Positions 45,567 through 55,660 of a stretch of 64,000 nt of DNA are shown one piece after another (within the stretch, counting starts at the first letter, position 1; every line of letters begins with the position of its first letter). The position numbers were made by a program, and so were the translations under genes. The notes below the pieces were generated by a model, which was given only the letters and a program-made list of their open reading frames with translations, did no database searches and had not been told where the DNA came from. Source of the DNA: an uncultured virus (IMG/VR IMGVR_UViG_3300044956_001223) (lineage: Duplodnaviria > Heunggongvirae > Uroviricota > Caudoviricetes); IMG/VR virus record IMGVR_UViG_3300044956_001223. The stretch is one strand, 5' to 3'.

Positions 45567-48124
45567 ATATTTTTTACTTCGCTTAATTTCATAAATATCT
45601 GATTATCTTGAATGGCGACTATATCTGCAAATATACAATCATCTTTTCTGGTTCCTTTTACTATAACTATATTATTTTCTTCATAGTTCTTGTTATTTAA
45701 AGTCCTATTATTATCAATATAATCATTAAATAATAATACATTAATCATTCCTGTTTCGTCTGATACTTTAAGTTTAAGGAATTTTGTCTTTTTTTCATTT
45801 CTAGAAACTCCAGAATATACTTCGTATACCTCACCTACTAATGCAACTTTGGAGTTAATTGGTGAATCTAATATTTCACTTACGGACATCAAATTCTCTC
45901 TTTTTTCTTTAAATATTTCTTTAAGAGATTTTTCATATGAATATCCCAAGAGCCTTTTTTCATAATACCAATTTGCAAATCCTTCGGTTTTGCTATTTTG
46001 ATTATATATTTTTAAATATGGTTCATATTTCTTTTTAATAGTTTCTAGTCTAGTACCCTTTATAATGACTTTGCCTTTTTCGTCAGTAAAGGTATTTAGA
46101 TGTTTTATAATTTTAATTAGATCATAATCGAACTTATCAGCAAATGCTATGCAATATTTCTTTTCATTCATTTTTAATATATTCCAAAGTTGCGCTTCTA
46201 AAACGACTTTCGATCTTGATTGCTTAAATCCTGTTAAAGCTCCAGCTTGGATAAGAGAAGAAAGCACCCCTATATTAAGGTCTGCTTCTTCTGCGGCTTG
46301 GAATATTTCAAATTTATTAGAATATTTATTTCTAAAACTATTTAATTTCTCTATTGATTTATCAGAAATACCTTTTACTGAAAGTAAGCCAAATCTAATG
46401 TCATTCCCTTCAATTGAAAAATCCATTTCAGATTTAATTATGTGCGGTTTTAAAAGTTTAATTCCAAACGCAGCCATCTCTTGTTGTATTTTAGAGATTT
46501 CGCCAATAGGATCTGGTTCGTGCCGAGTCATTTTCAGTAGAGACAGAAAGAACTGTTGTGGATAATTAAATTTTAAATAAATTGTAATCGCCGCCAAAGC
46601 TGCATAAGCTATTGAGTGAGATTTATTAAAAGAATAATTCGCGGAATCTTCTAAAATTTTCCAAAGCATATCTCCAACTTCTTTTGGTAATTTATTTTGT
46701 TTAATTTTTAATTCAATTTTTTTCTGCCAAGCTTTAATTTCATCGGTTTTTTTCTTGCCTACGATTCTTCTTAAGATTTCTGCTTCATCTAAAGTAAATC
46801 CAATTTTATGCGCCATCTGCATCAACTGTTCTTGATAAAGCGCGACACCACCAGTATGTTTTAGGATGTCATCAAAGAATGGATGAATACTTTCATATTC
46901 ATTGGTATTAGTATGTTTTGCGTATTTTTCTACAAATTGAAGTGCGCCAGGTCTAGCTAAAGCTAATACGCCGCTTAATTCTTCTAAGTTTTTTGGTTTA
47001 ACTTTTTGGCAAACTCTGAAATTAGTTTCCGCTTCGATCTGGAACAAGCCGTGAGGACTTCTTAAATCTTGCAAATTTCTGTAAATAGACTCATCGTTTA
47101 GATTTATATCTTGTAATTTTATGTTAATATTCTTGCAAACATCATCAACCACAGAGACGCTTCTAAGTCCTAAAATATCTAATTTTATATTAAATAAACT
47201 TGCCCAATTCATATCAAAACTTGAAACTGATTCTTTATCGCTAGAAAATTCGGTTGGACACGCAGATTCTAATTCACTATGAGAAAGCAATACTCCAGAT
47301 GGATGAACGCCTTTATTTTTAATTAGATTTCTTAATTTTAAAGCTATTTCATATATTTCTTTATTTTGATCGCACCATTCTTTGAATTTTGGGACTTCTG
47401 CATAAGCTTCTTCAATATCTTTGACTTGCCCAAATATTTTAGGTATTAAAGATGAGATTTCGGTCATTTCTTGGTCTGTTTTTTCTCCAATTATTTTGCC
47501 ACATTCTTTTATTAATAACTTACCACTTAAAGTATTTAAAGTTAAAATTTTACTAGTTTTGCCCTTGAACTTGTCTTCTAGATATTGAAGTACTTTATGT
47601 CTATTATAATAACAAATATCTAAATCAACATCACACATTAAACTACCATCTAAATAGGTTATTCCATCAACAACCTGCTTTTTAGCGCGAATCTTAGATA
47701 TAAATCTTTCAAAATAAAGGTCATATTTTACTGGGTCTATATTAGTAACCCCGATTAAATATAAGATTAAAGATCCAGCAGCGGAACCTCTACCTAATCC
47801 TACTGGTATATTATTCTCTTTGCAATAATTAATAACATGCCAAACCAATAAAATATAATCAACAAATTCTAATTCTTTAATAGTTTCCAATTCATGTTTT
47901 GCTCGATCTATATATTTTTTATATTCATCTGTGTTTTTCTTTATATTTAATTCTTTGAATTTTTTTAAAGCTAATGCTCTTAAAAAATCATAATTTGACG
48001 AGTCTTCGCTAATTTCAAGTTTATGTTTATAGTGATTTGATATTTCAAATTCTGGTAATCTTACTCCATGAAGCGGAAGATCTATATTAACGAAATTCTT
48101 ATCGAAATTTTTTAAATCAATCAT
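45563..48124 (-). CDS. dnaE: DNA polymerase III alpha, polymerase core lacking the PHP domain
   Basis: GRGSAAGSL, LYFERF, CDVDLD, HPSGV, KLDILGL, YSFNKSH, C-terminal OB fold. Confidence 0.95.
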   Translation of the reverse strand: MIDLKNFDKNFVNIDLPLHGVRLPEFEISNHYKHKLEISEDSSNYDFLRALALKKFKELNIKKNTDEYKKYIDRAKHELETIKELEFVDYILLVWHVINYCKENNIPVGLGRGSAAGSLILYLIGVTNIDPVKYDLYFERFISKIRAKKQVVDGITYLDGSLMCDVDLDICYYNRHKVLQYLEDKFKGKTSKILTLNTLSGKLLIKECGKIIGEKTDQEMTEISSLIPKIFGQVKDIEEAYAEVPKFKEWCDQNKEIYEIALKLRNLIKNKGVHPSGVLLSHSELESACPTEFSSDKESVSSFDMNWASLFNIKLDILGLRSVSVVDDVCKNINIKLQDINLNDESIYRNLQDLRSPHGLFQIEAETNFRVCQKVKPKNLEELSGVLALARPGALQFVEKYAKHTNTNEYESIHPFFDDILKHTGGVALYQEQLMQMAHKIGFTLDEAEILRRIVGKKKTDEIKAWQKKIELKIKQNKLPKEVGDMLWKILEDSANYSFNKSHSIAYAALAAITIYLKFNYPQQFFLSLLKMTRHEPDPIGEISKIQQEMAAFGIKLLKPHIIKSEMDFSIEGNDIRFGLLSVKGISDKSIEKLNSFRNKYSNKFEIFQAAEEADLNIGVLSSLIQAGALTGFKQSRSKVVLEAQLWNILKMNEKKYCIAFADKFDYDLIKIIKHLNTFTDEKGKVIIKGTRLETIKKKYEPYLKIYNQNSKTEGFANWYYEKRLLGYSYEKSLKEIFKEKRENLMSVSEILDSPINSKVALVGEVYEVYSGVSRNEKKTKFLKLKVSDETGMINVLLFNDYIDNNRTLNNKNYEENNIVIVKGTRKDDCIFADIVAIQDNQIFMKLSEVKNI

Positions 48125-48317
48125 TTTCTTTTTCTATTTGGTCTTGAAAAGCTTTTAACCCTTGAGCTAATACTTTAAAAGAATTTTTATCATTTAAGTT
48201 ATAAAATACATCCGCCTTTCCATTCCTTTTACCTTTTTGAATAGTTATTAACAGATATTCTATATTGGATTTATCCATTTTCTCAACAATATCATAAATG
48301 TCATCTAATGAAGCCAT
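48117..48317 (-). CDS. Hypothetical protein within the polymerase cluster
   Basis: 66-aa ORF tightly coupled to both neighbours. Confidence 0.55.
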   Translation of the reverse strand: MASLDDIYDIVEKMDKSNIEYLLITIQKGKRNGKADVFYNLNDKNSFKVLAQGLKAFQDQIEKEND

Positions 48318-48318
48318 A

Positions 48319-48957
48319 TTAAATATTTACCTGCCATTTTAATTTATTCCATATTTTTAAATTCAAGTCAAGATCATTTAAAGCGTCATGAAGTTTTTCG
48401 TAATCATGTTCTATACCATTTTCTTTTCCTAAAACTGTTAAAGAACTTTTTACGTCTTTTCTTTTAGTATGATATATTTTATATTGATAGTCTAATAGAT
48501 TTTCTTCTTTTTTATATGGAATATTATATTTTATTCCTCTTGCAATACAATTTGTATCAATTATTTTATTTAAAAGATGATCCCAATGACAATTCATAGA
48601 TTTATAAAGTTCTTTAATTAAATAAACATCAAATCCTAAAACATTATGCCCGATAATATAATCTGCATGATCTAACCAATCTTTTATTGTTGGAAATGCA
48701 TCTTTAATATCTAAACCTTGTTTTTCCACTTTTTTATGGTCGTATCTTGTGATTTTAGCTGCATCTTGACTAATTTTTAAATCTGTATCCCAATTAATAT
48801 AAAAATTTTTACTATCTACTTTAAAATCTCCTTTTGCTTTAATCATGCCTACTTGCCAAGGTAAATTATGGCAAAAATTCAAACAAAGATTAAATGTTTC
48901 AAAGTCAATTAGAACAAACGTTTTATTCTTATTATATCTTAATAAATGTTCATCCAT
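48319..48957 (-). CDS. DEDDh 3'-5' exonuclease (Pol III epsilon-like)
   Basis: IDFET, GHNVLGFD, IDT, LHDALND; start placed at ATG 48957. Confidence 0.85.
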   Translation of the reverse strand: MDEHLLRYNKNKTFVLIDFETFNLCLNFCHNLPWQVGMIKAKGDFKVDSKNFYINWDTDLKISQDAAKITRYDHKKVEKQGLDIKDAFPTIKDWLDHADYIIGHNVLGFDVYLIKELYKSMNCHWDHLLNKIIDTNCIARGIKYNIPYKKEENLLDYQYKIYHTKRKDVKSSLTVLGKENGIEHDYEKLHDALNDLDLNLKIWNKLKWQVNI

Positions 48958-49714
48958 GATTACTTTTCTCCAACCAATTTTCAAAACAAAATTCTGGGCT
49001 AGTCATGTGTTCTAGTTCGGGTTTATTTAAAGTTGTTCTAGAATTGATGCATCTAAAAGTTAAATATGATTTAAAATCTTTTCTTAGTTTATAATATATA
49101 CTTTTCACTTCCATTGTATCGCACTTATTCTTTTCTGTATAATCCATGACTTTATTTCTTAAAAGTTTATCAAAAGGCATTTGATTATCTTCTAAAAAGA
49201 AAATAGGTTTAGTAAATTCTATTTCAGGCATACATAAATACCCTCTTAAAAGATTATTAAATATAAAAGAGTCGTAAAAAGGGATGCATAATAAAAGATC
49301 TTCTTCTGCCCAATTTTCTTTTAAAGTTTTATAATCAATTCTTGGTTCGTAATAGAATCCTTCTTTTGCAGCTATACTAAATAATTTTATAAGTTTTCTA
49401 TATCCCTTGTCATTTTTAAAAAATATTACTACCTTGGAGTTTTTATTTTTATTTTCTTCTTTTTTTTCTGATATGTTATCCGTTATAGTTAATCTCAACC
49501 CATATCTTAAATTTATATTATATTTTTTTGTATTTGTATAAGCTTGTAGAAAGGATGTCATATTGTCTTCTACAAGATATAATGTTTTAAAATTATTATC
49601 TTTTGCAATTTGAATTATTGAGTCTGGATATTTCTCAGAATACTCCTCATCTTCAAGAGTCAAAATTGATCTGCCTATACTATAATGAGATTTAAATATA
49701 GGTAATATATTCAT
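48950..49714 (-). CDS. Stand-alone PHP domain of Pol III alpha
   Basis: KSHYSIGRS (cf. HS.YS), YGLRL, KNDKGYRKLIKL.S.A..EGFYYEPRID. Confidence 0.85.
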   Translation of the reverse strand: MNILPIFKSHYSIGRSILTLEDEEYSEKYPDSIIQIAKDNNFKTLYLVEDNMTSFLQAYTNTKKYNINLRYGLRLTITDNISEKKEENKNKNSKVVIFFKNDKGYRKLIKLFSIAAKEGFYYEPRIDYKTLKENWAEEDLLLCIPFYDSFIFNNLLRGYLCMPEIEFTKPIFFLEDNQMPFDKLLRNKVMDYTEKNKCDTMEVKSIYYKLRKDFKSYLTFRCINSRTTLNKPELEHMTSPEFCFENWLEKSNHG

Positions 49715-49720
49715 TTTAAT

Positions 49721-49749
49721 ATTTTACTATAAATACTTAATATAATCAA
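49721..49749 (-). promoter_or_regulatory. Sigma70-type promoter, probably giving a leaderless mRNA
   Basis: TTGATT-17 nt-TAAAAT; ATG 49714 lies 6 nt after the -10. Confidence 0.55.
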
Positions 49750-50720
49750 TCTAAAAAGTCATCTGTTTTATTTGTTTTTTCTAAAAATTCATCTTTTTGT
49801 CTACTATTACTATTCCATTTAGGGCATCCTTGATACTTCCTTTTTTCTATTATAAATCCTGTTAAATCTTTAAAATTATTCTGTAGACTTGTTTCAACTA
49901 TTTCATTATTTTTATTTAATTTTACATAATATTCAAAGCCGTCTTTATACGGACATTTCCATCCGCCTATTTGACACATCCATTTATTTTTTTCATTATC
50001 GGCGGCAAAATTTGCTTTTGCTGAATCTTCATTAAAATTATTAATATAATCATTAATGTGTTCTAAATAATGCTCAAACCCATTAATTTGTTCTTCAGTA
50101 AAAGATAATTCTTGTATTGGCTGTTTAGGGAATCTCAAAAATAAGAATTTAACAATTGGTTTTAATTTGGGCCAAAGTTTTTTACTAGCTAAACTGTACA
50201 TCATTGCCTGGATATTCGCTTCCAAATCATCTCCTTTAAACTTATATTTAGAGCTTTTATAATCAATTATATGCATTTCTTTTTTCTTTTTAATAGGCTT
50301 ATCTATAAATCCCTTAATATGATATTTTGGATTATCATTTTTAATTTCAAATGGATATTCTGGTCGAACTATTTTTCCATCCTCTCCAAAAAAGTCGTTT
50401 TTTAAACCCACCAAGATCATCTGATCGAGTAATTGAAAATTAGATTCATCTAATCCAACTTTTGCCTTAAGTCGTTTTACTAATCTCGTTACCGATTTAC
50501 TCCCTTTAATTGAATTCTTTTTTATAATTTTATTAAAATGATGTTTATGTCTAGGATTTAAAAGTAATTCAAATATTGTATGACAAATCGTTCCTCTTAA
50601 AGCTCCATCGTTTTGAGATTGTGGGACTTTAGTATGATAGTTATTCCAATAAACCCAAGAGCAGGTTTCAAGAGTTTTTATTCTAGATGCAGATAATATT
50701 TTTAAATTTTCATTTTCCAT
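49746..50720 (-). CDS. PD-(D/E)XK exonuclease (RecB/AddB/Cas4-like)
   Basis: LSASRI...C, GTICH, GFID, IIDYKS, Q...Y and C-terminal Cys residues. Confidence 0.85.
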   Translation of the reverse strand: MENENLKILSASRIKTLETCSWVYWNNYHTKVPQSQNDGALRGTICHTIFELLLNPRHKHHFNKIIKKNSIKGSKSVTRLVKRLKAKVGLDESNFQLLDQMILVGLKNDFFGEDGKIVRPEYPFEIKNDNPKYHIKGFIDKPIKKKKEMHIIDYKSSKYKFKGDDLEANIQAMMYSLASKKLWPKLKPIVKFLFLRFPKQPIQELSFTEEQINGFEHYLEHINDYINNFNEDSAKANFAADNEKNKWMCQIGGWKCPYKDGFEYYVKLNKNNEIVETSLQNNFKDLTGFIIEKRKYQGCPKWNSNSRQKDEFLEKTNKTDDFLD

Positions 50721-51610
50721 TCGAGAATTTCCTCTGATGTCATTTCTCCAAAATCTTTTTTGATTGGTAGTTTTATGTCAATTTGATTGCGATCAAAATA
50801 TCTTAAGAGTTTATTCTTTGCTTTTTCTGCAGCAAAATTACCAGCATTATTTTTTTCTGAATCATTATTAAATGCAATATAAATTTTATTGGGATCTATT
50901 CTTAGAAGTAAATTTAATACAGAAATACTTATTTCTAGACCAAATGTTACTATAGTATTTTTGATATCATTTTGCCATAAAGATAAGCAATCTCCTATAC
51001 TTTCAATCAAGAATATTTCTTTTTTTTCATTTAAAATATCTAAATTTAAATGACTTGGATAACTCCAAGAGTTTTTATCTCCAAGATGCTTCCATTTTAT
51101 TTTACTTTGATTAGTTATATCTCTTCCAGAAAATCCAACTAAATCTTTATTTAAATTAAATATTGGAAAAACATACCTATTTTTCATTTTACCGCCAGAA
51201 GCTACTCCACCCTGAAATTTTTTTATTACTTCGGTTTTTACTCCTCGATTTATCCAATAGATATGGTCAGGATTTAATTTATTAAGTAACTCTTTATCGA
51301 ATATTTTTTTATCTTTTATTTTAGGTTTATCTTTAATGATATTCACTGGCGTAAAATTTTTTTCCTTTAACCATTTTTTTGCTTCTTCATGGGAATTTAG
51401 CTTAAGACTTAATTTAATTAAGCTTGGTAAATCTCCGCTGGTATTTTCTTTGAAATCTACCCAAAATCCAGAGTCTTTATATATTCTCAATACGGTATCA
51501 TTATCGCTGTCCCTATAGATTGGTTTGGTTCTATACTCTCGACCATAATCTTTTAAAGTATAACCGATATTTGTTAATATTTGATATACGCTATTTATAT
51601 TTTCTTCCAT
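50702..51610 (-). CDS. dnaG: DnaG-like primase (Toprim)
   Basis: RYVFPI...GFSGR...KW, LIESIGD, AFNND, KDFGEM. Confidence 0.8.
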   Translation of the reverse strand: MEENINSVYQILTNIGYTLKDYGREYRTKPIYRDSDNDTVLRIYKDSGFWVDFKENTSGDLPSLIKLSLKLNSHEEAKKWLKEKNFTPVNIIKDKPKIKDKKIFDKELLNKLNPDHIYWINRGVKTEVIKKFQGGVASGGKMKNRYVFPIFNLNKDLVGFSGRDITNQSKIKWKHLGDKNSWSYPSHLNLDILNEKKEIFLIESIGDCLSLWQNDIKNTIVTFGLEISISVLNLLLRIDPNKIYIAFNNDSEKNNAGNFAAEKAKNKLLRYFDRNQIDIKLPIKKDFGEMTSEEILEWKMKI

Positions 51611-52254
51611 TCTAATGCCTCAGATATTGTTGGAAATTTTTTTATAAAAATATTTTTACATTGTTCAGCTAAAATCCTGTGTTCTTTTTGAGTATTTTTT
51701 TCCGTTCTTAATTCTATATAATGAATCCAGCTTCTTAAAGAACCTTTCATATACATTGTGGTCTGAGTCGTCAATGGAAGTACCATTCTCGCCACTTCTT
51801 TGGCGATACCATTTTCAATCATCGTATCATAACAATGTTGCGATAGAGAGATTGACTCCGCTAATAGGTTCGATATTTGATCGTAGGCTTTTGTATTTAT
51901 CGGTAATAGCTGCTCTCCAACTTGTCTATTTTTATCTCCTTGTAATCTTAATTCTATATCTTCATAATCATTTGCCGCGCTATATCTTTGGCTAAATTCT
52001 TGGAAAGAAAATGATCTGTGTCTTAAAATCTGAGCAGCAATAGCTCTGCTAGTTTTTAGTTCTAACGTCATATCAACCATTTCAAATGGCGACCAATGTT
52101 TATGTCTTATTAAAAATTTTAGTAACTTTGGTGCAGTTTCTATATTAATTTGATTATTAGGATTGCTAACGCGAGCACAAAAAGCAATAAGATCTTCAGC
52201 GTTTTTGATTTCATTTATATTAGGACTAGTAATTGATATAAGTTTTACGCTCAT
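51595..52254 (-). CDS. thyX: Flavin-dependent thymidylate synthase
   Basis: ARVS, HWSPFE, RHRSFSFQEFSQRY, EVARMVLP, QKEHR. Confidence 0.95.
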   Translation of the reverse strand: MSVKLISITSPNINEIKNAEDLIAFCARVSNPNNQINIETAPKLLKFLIRHKHWSPFEMVDMTLELKTSRAIAAQILRHRSFSFQEFSQRYSAANDYEDIELRLQGDKNRQVGEQLLPINTKAYDQISNLLAESISLSQHCYDTMIENGIAKEVARMVLPLTTQTTMYMKGSLRSWIHYIELRTEKNTQKEHRILAEQCKNIFIKKFPTISEALEWKKI

Positions 52255-53735
52255 AAAATTTCGCCATCATTGCTATTTCTATCGTCAAGTTGGTATCTTT
52301 CTCTTTGTCTTTCTGCTATCGTATGTAAGGAGCCTCTTTCCTCTATCTTAAAATTATGAACATTATAATTTAAATAGTTTTGCGCCCACACTTCTTTACC
52401 AGCGGCATCTAATCTTCTTACCAAGTCTTGATGCCCAGCGGCTTCTCTTCCTTGGAATCGAGTTTTTGTTGGTATAAGTTTATGAGTTCCAAACTCTTGA
52501 CCATCTAAAGCTAATTCATCCAAAGTTTTTCTTCTAAAGATTGCTACGAATGAGGCAAACCATTGGAGCCTATCTGATAGAGCTATCGCTGAACTATCAT
52601 CTGTGACATTAGATGCGTTTCTATTAAAATTTTCACCAGATCTATTTAATTGCATTGCTGTAATTATAGGGCATCTTATCTCTTCCGAGATTCTTTTTAA
52701 TTTATCAATTTTATCTCCAATAGCTTGATGCTCTGCCCAGTTTTGGCCTACTTTTTCTCCGGTCAATTTTACATAATCATACGCAATTAAAGCTTGATTA
52801 CCTCTACCGACTTTTGACATATACCATCTTCTAATAATAGAGCATATCTGGTCAATATTTTTAGACCCTACATGATAATGATAATATTCATAATTTTTTA
52901 CTAATGCCCAAGCAGCCCTAACTTTTCTAGTCATCTCTTCATTCTTTCTCCAATTTCCTGTTTCAAGATACCACATAGGTACATCAGATAATGAAGAAAC
53001 CATTCTTAATTGAATATCAAAAGTTTGCATTTCTGTATCTAAAATCAATGTTTTCGTTTTATTTTTAGGAGATATTCCTATATTAAAACATATATCATTA
53101 ATCCAAGTTGATTTACCTTGTCCAGGTCTACTAACAATAGCATAAATATTTCCATTTTTTAAACCACCATACAATCTATTAAATTCTGGATATGGTGTTA
53201 TTAATCCTACGTCTTCTTTTGGTAAATTGCCTAATTCCTCTATAACATCTTCAACATCTTTAAATAAATTTATTGGTTCGTCATTTGATACATATGATGA
53301 TATCTTTTGGTTATAAATTGCATCTGCTTCAGAAATAATTCTATCTATATCTTCTTCAGGGCTTTTGTTTACATAAGTTTTTAATTTATCCGCAGTTTCG
53401 CTAATCTCTCTTCTTATTCTTAATTTAATTAATTCTTTACAAGCATCCATTGTCGCTTGTTCTGTGATTTGAGAAAACGAAAGATTATCTATATAATCAT
53501 ATATATTAATTTCATCTTTAAAAGATATTCCTAAATTTTTAATTTTTTCAGCTAAAAGAACTTTATCTACTTTTTCTCCTTTATATTTTGTATTTTTATA
53601 AACTGCATATATTACGGAGTGGACTTCATGAAAAAAATCATTTTCATTTAAAAAAACATCTACATCAGAAAATAAATCTTGATATTTCAAAAGTCCACTT
53701 AAAACGTGTCTTTCTACCTGTAAAGAATATATCAT
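52251..53735 (-). CDS. dnaB: DnaB-like replicative helicase
   Basis: SRPGQGKS Walker A, DTEM, YDY, QLNR, KTR. Confidence 0.9.
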   Translation of the reverse strand: MIYSLQVERHVLSGLLKYQDLFSDVDVFLNENDFFHEVHSVIYAVYKNTKYKGEKVDKVLLAEKIKNLGISFKDEINIYDYIDNLSFSQITEQATMDACKELIKLRIRREISETADKLKTYVNKSPEEDIDRIISEADAIYNQKISSYVSNDEPINLFKDVEDVIEELGNLPKEDVGLITPYPEFNRLYGGLKNGNIYAIVSRPGQGKSTWINDICFNIGISPKNKTKTLILDTEMQTFDIQLRMVSSLSDVPMWYLETGNWRKNEEMTRKVRAAWALVKNYEYYHYHVGSKNIDQICSIIRRWYMSKVGRGNQALIAYDYVKLTGEKVGQNWAEHQAIGDKIDKLKRISEEIRCPIITAMQLNRSGENFNRNASNVTDDSSAIALSDRLQWFASFVAIFRRKTLDELALDGQEFGTHKLIPTKTRFQGREAAGHQDLVRRLDAAGKEVWAQNYLNYNVHNFKIEERGSLHTIAERQRERYQLDDRNSNDGEIL

Positions 53736-53745
53736 TATATATTAT

Positions 53746-53774
53746 ATCTTACCAATTTTTAAAATTAAAGTCAA
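53746..53774 (-). promoter_or_regulatory. Sigma70-type promoter with extended -10
   Basis: TTGACT-17 nt-TAAGAT preceded by TGn; upstream of ATG 53735. Confidence 0.6.
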
Positions 53775-53783
53775 GTTTGCTCT

Positions 53784-54086
53784 TTAAGAGCCTTTTTCGT
53801 CTTCATCTTCGCCATTTAAATCATCTAAATTATCGCTATTATTTCTGTCATCTTGCCTTAAAATTGCGTCCGCTGTTGCGTCCATATTAATTTGATCTAC
53901 GGTACTAATCCAAGATCCAACGTAGTATAATAATGCCATCGCATTCATTTGATTATCAAATTTTGTAAATACTTGTGGGTCTCCTTTTGAGTTAAAATTA
54001 AATAAAATATAGCCGCCAAAACTACATTCATCTAATTGTTTGAGTAGATTATTTGGAAAATTAAATTTTTTCTTATTCGTCACCAC
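53784..54086 (-). CDS. Hypothetical protein with an acidic tail
   Basis: 100 aa, GTG start; GTGTAA motif on the - strand at 54093-54098. Confidence 0.6.
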   Translation of the reverse strand: MVTNKKKFNFPNNLLKQLDECSFGGYILFNFNSKGDPQVFTKFDNQMNAMALLYYVGSWISTVDQINMDATADAILRQDDRNNSDNLDDLNGEDEDEKGS

Positions 54087-54098
54087 AAGCTTTTACAC

Positions 54099-54518
54099 TT
54101 AAATAATAAGTATTCCGCACTTTTCTTCTATATATTGTGGTGTTAAATTTTTGAGGTCACTTTCATACAATTCTAACAATTTAAAATCATTCATTTCCAA
54201 CCATTTTTCTTTTTGAACATCTCTTTTTATGCTTTGAAGATACTTAAGTCTTGAACTTTCATGAAAAAATTCATTAAAGGATTCATGTTGGTTGCCTTGT
54301 ATCTCAACAGCTATCCGTTTTGTTGCATTTAAAAAATCAACTTTAAGCATTGTTCCATATACTGGGAACTCCTCATAAACTATATGGTTTTTCCAATATG
54401 GATAAAAGAATTGTTTGAATTTAAATTGTAATTTGCTCCTGCTCTTTCCTTCCCAACTAATTAAAGTCTTTCTTACGTTTTTATTAACGAGTTTACCGTT
54501 AATATTTAATAATCTCAT
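54099..54518 (-). CDS. Vsr/DUF559-like PD-(D/E)XK endonuclease
   Basis: EEFPV...KVDF...IAVEIQGNQH...RD..K..W. Confidence 0.7.
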   Translation of the reverse strand: MRLLNINGKLVNKNVRKTLISWEGKSRSKLQFKFKQFFYPYWKNHIVYEEFPVYGTMLKVDFLNATKRIAVEIQGNQHESFNEFFHESSRLKYLQSIKRDVQKEKWLEMNDFKLLELYESDLKNLTPQYIEEKCGILII

Positions 54519-55660
54519 GATGCAAGAGTCTTAATAAATTTATCGTAAAAATATTCTGTAATTTGCTTATTTTCTTCTAAATAGGATCTTAAATTATCAA
54601 TACCTTGATGTTGTTTTTTAAGTTCAATATTAGACTTTTTAAGTTCTTCAATAATTTCGTCAGAGAATGTAACCCATGCACCTTTAGCGCTTGCAAATTC
54701 CCAAGATAAAATTTGATCAATTACTTCATATTCTTTCCAAACTGATGAGCCTTCTTTTCTACCATATTTAATTGGATATTGAACTTTAGAATTTGTAGAT
54801 TCATTTGTTGATTTTTTAATAGCAATTTTTACATTATGTCCGATAATTTTATTTTTTACAGCATCATATTTTTCATTTGGTTTTTCGAGAATAAGATCTT
54901 TATTATAACGTGGTTCAAATTCAAGAATCCAATTAGCAAAATGTAATAATGCATTACCGCCCGTAGCTGTAGTTTGCCTTACTTCTTTATTTGCAGCATA
55001 TGGATCAAGTTTGATATCAGAACGAACCTGGCTTATAAATATTGCTATATGTCCACGCTTTGATAATGCAAGTGAAATCTTTTTCATTAACATCGAAGAT
55101 ATAACTGCTCCGCCCGCAACCTTGGTGGCTTCACTTAAAGTCTTTTCTTTATCGCCTTTTGTAATAAGGCCATCAACTGAATCAAGAATAAAAATATATT
55201 TTTTATTTTCATCATTAGATTGAATTAAATCTTTCATTAATTCCGAAACTGTTTCAAATATATTGCATTCAAAAACAAAACACGTTCCATCTACCCATTC
55301 GGATGGATTTGTAACAAATTTTAGTCCTGATCGATCTTTAATTTCTTTACTTAATCTTCCTTCGGCCTTAAAAAGTAAGGCCCTTGAGCCATTGACTGTT
55401 TTGAGAAAATTTTTTGCAACCTCAAGTGCTTCAGAAGTTTTACCCCCTTCATTCATTCCAATAAACCTATGTAACCCTGGAGATAAGCCACCGCCTGTTG
55501 CAATATCTAAATTAAGGCTTCCAGTTGATACTTTATAATAAACTTCATCTTCAAAATTATAATGATCTTCTTTATTTTCCTTTAAAAAGGAAAGAAGTCT
55601 ATCTGATGCGCTAGGGCCAGCAGATTCTTGTTGAACTTCTTCTTTAGGTTTTCTTCCCAT
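54515..55660 (-). CDS. RecA/UvsX-like recombinase
   Basis: STGSLNLDIATGGG, GMNEGGKTS, ILDSV, IFISQVR, TGGNALLH. Confidence 0.9.
   Translation of the reverse strand: MGRKPKEEVQQESAGPSASDRLLSFLKENKEDHYNFEDEVYYKVSTGSLNLDIATGGGLSPGLHRFIGMNEGGKTSEALEVAKNFLKTVNGSRALLFKAEGRLSKEIKDRSGLKFVTNPSEWVDGTCFVFECNIFETVSELMKDLIQSNDENKKYIFILDSVDGLITKGDKEKTLSEATKVAGGAVISSMLMKKISLALSKRGHIAIFISQVRSDIKLDPYAANKEVRQTTATGGNALLHFANWILEFEPRYNKDLILEKPNEKYDAVKNKIIGHNVKIAIKKSTNESTNSKVQYPIKYGRKEGSSVWKEYEVIDQILSWEFASAKGAWVTFSDEIIEELKKSNIELKKQHQGIDNLRSYLEENKQITEYFYDKFIKTLAS

Noticed and set aside
45563..49714. Split intein in dnaE
   Set aside because: No intein N- or C-terminal motifs at the fragment ends
49746..50720. Cas4 as part of a CRISPR system
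   Set aside because: No array or other cas genes; context indicates a replication/recombination exonuclease
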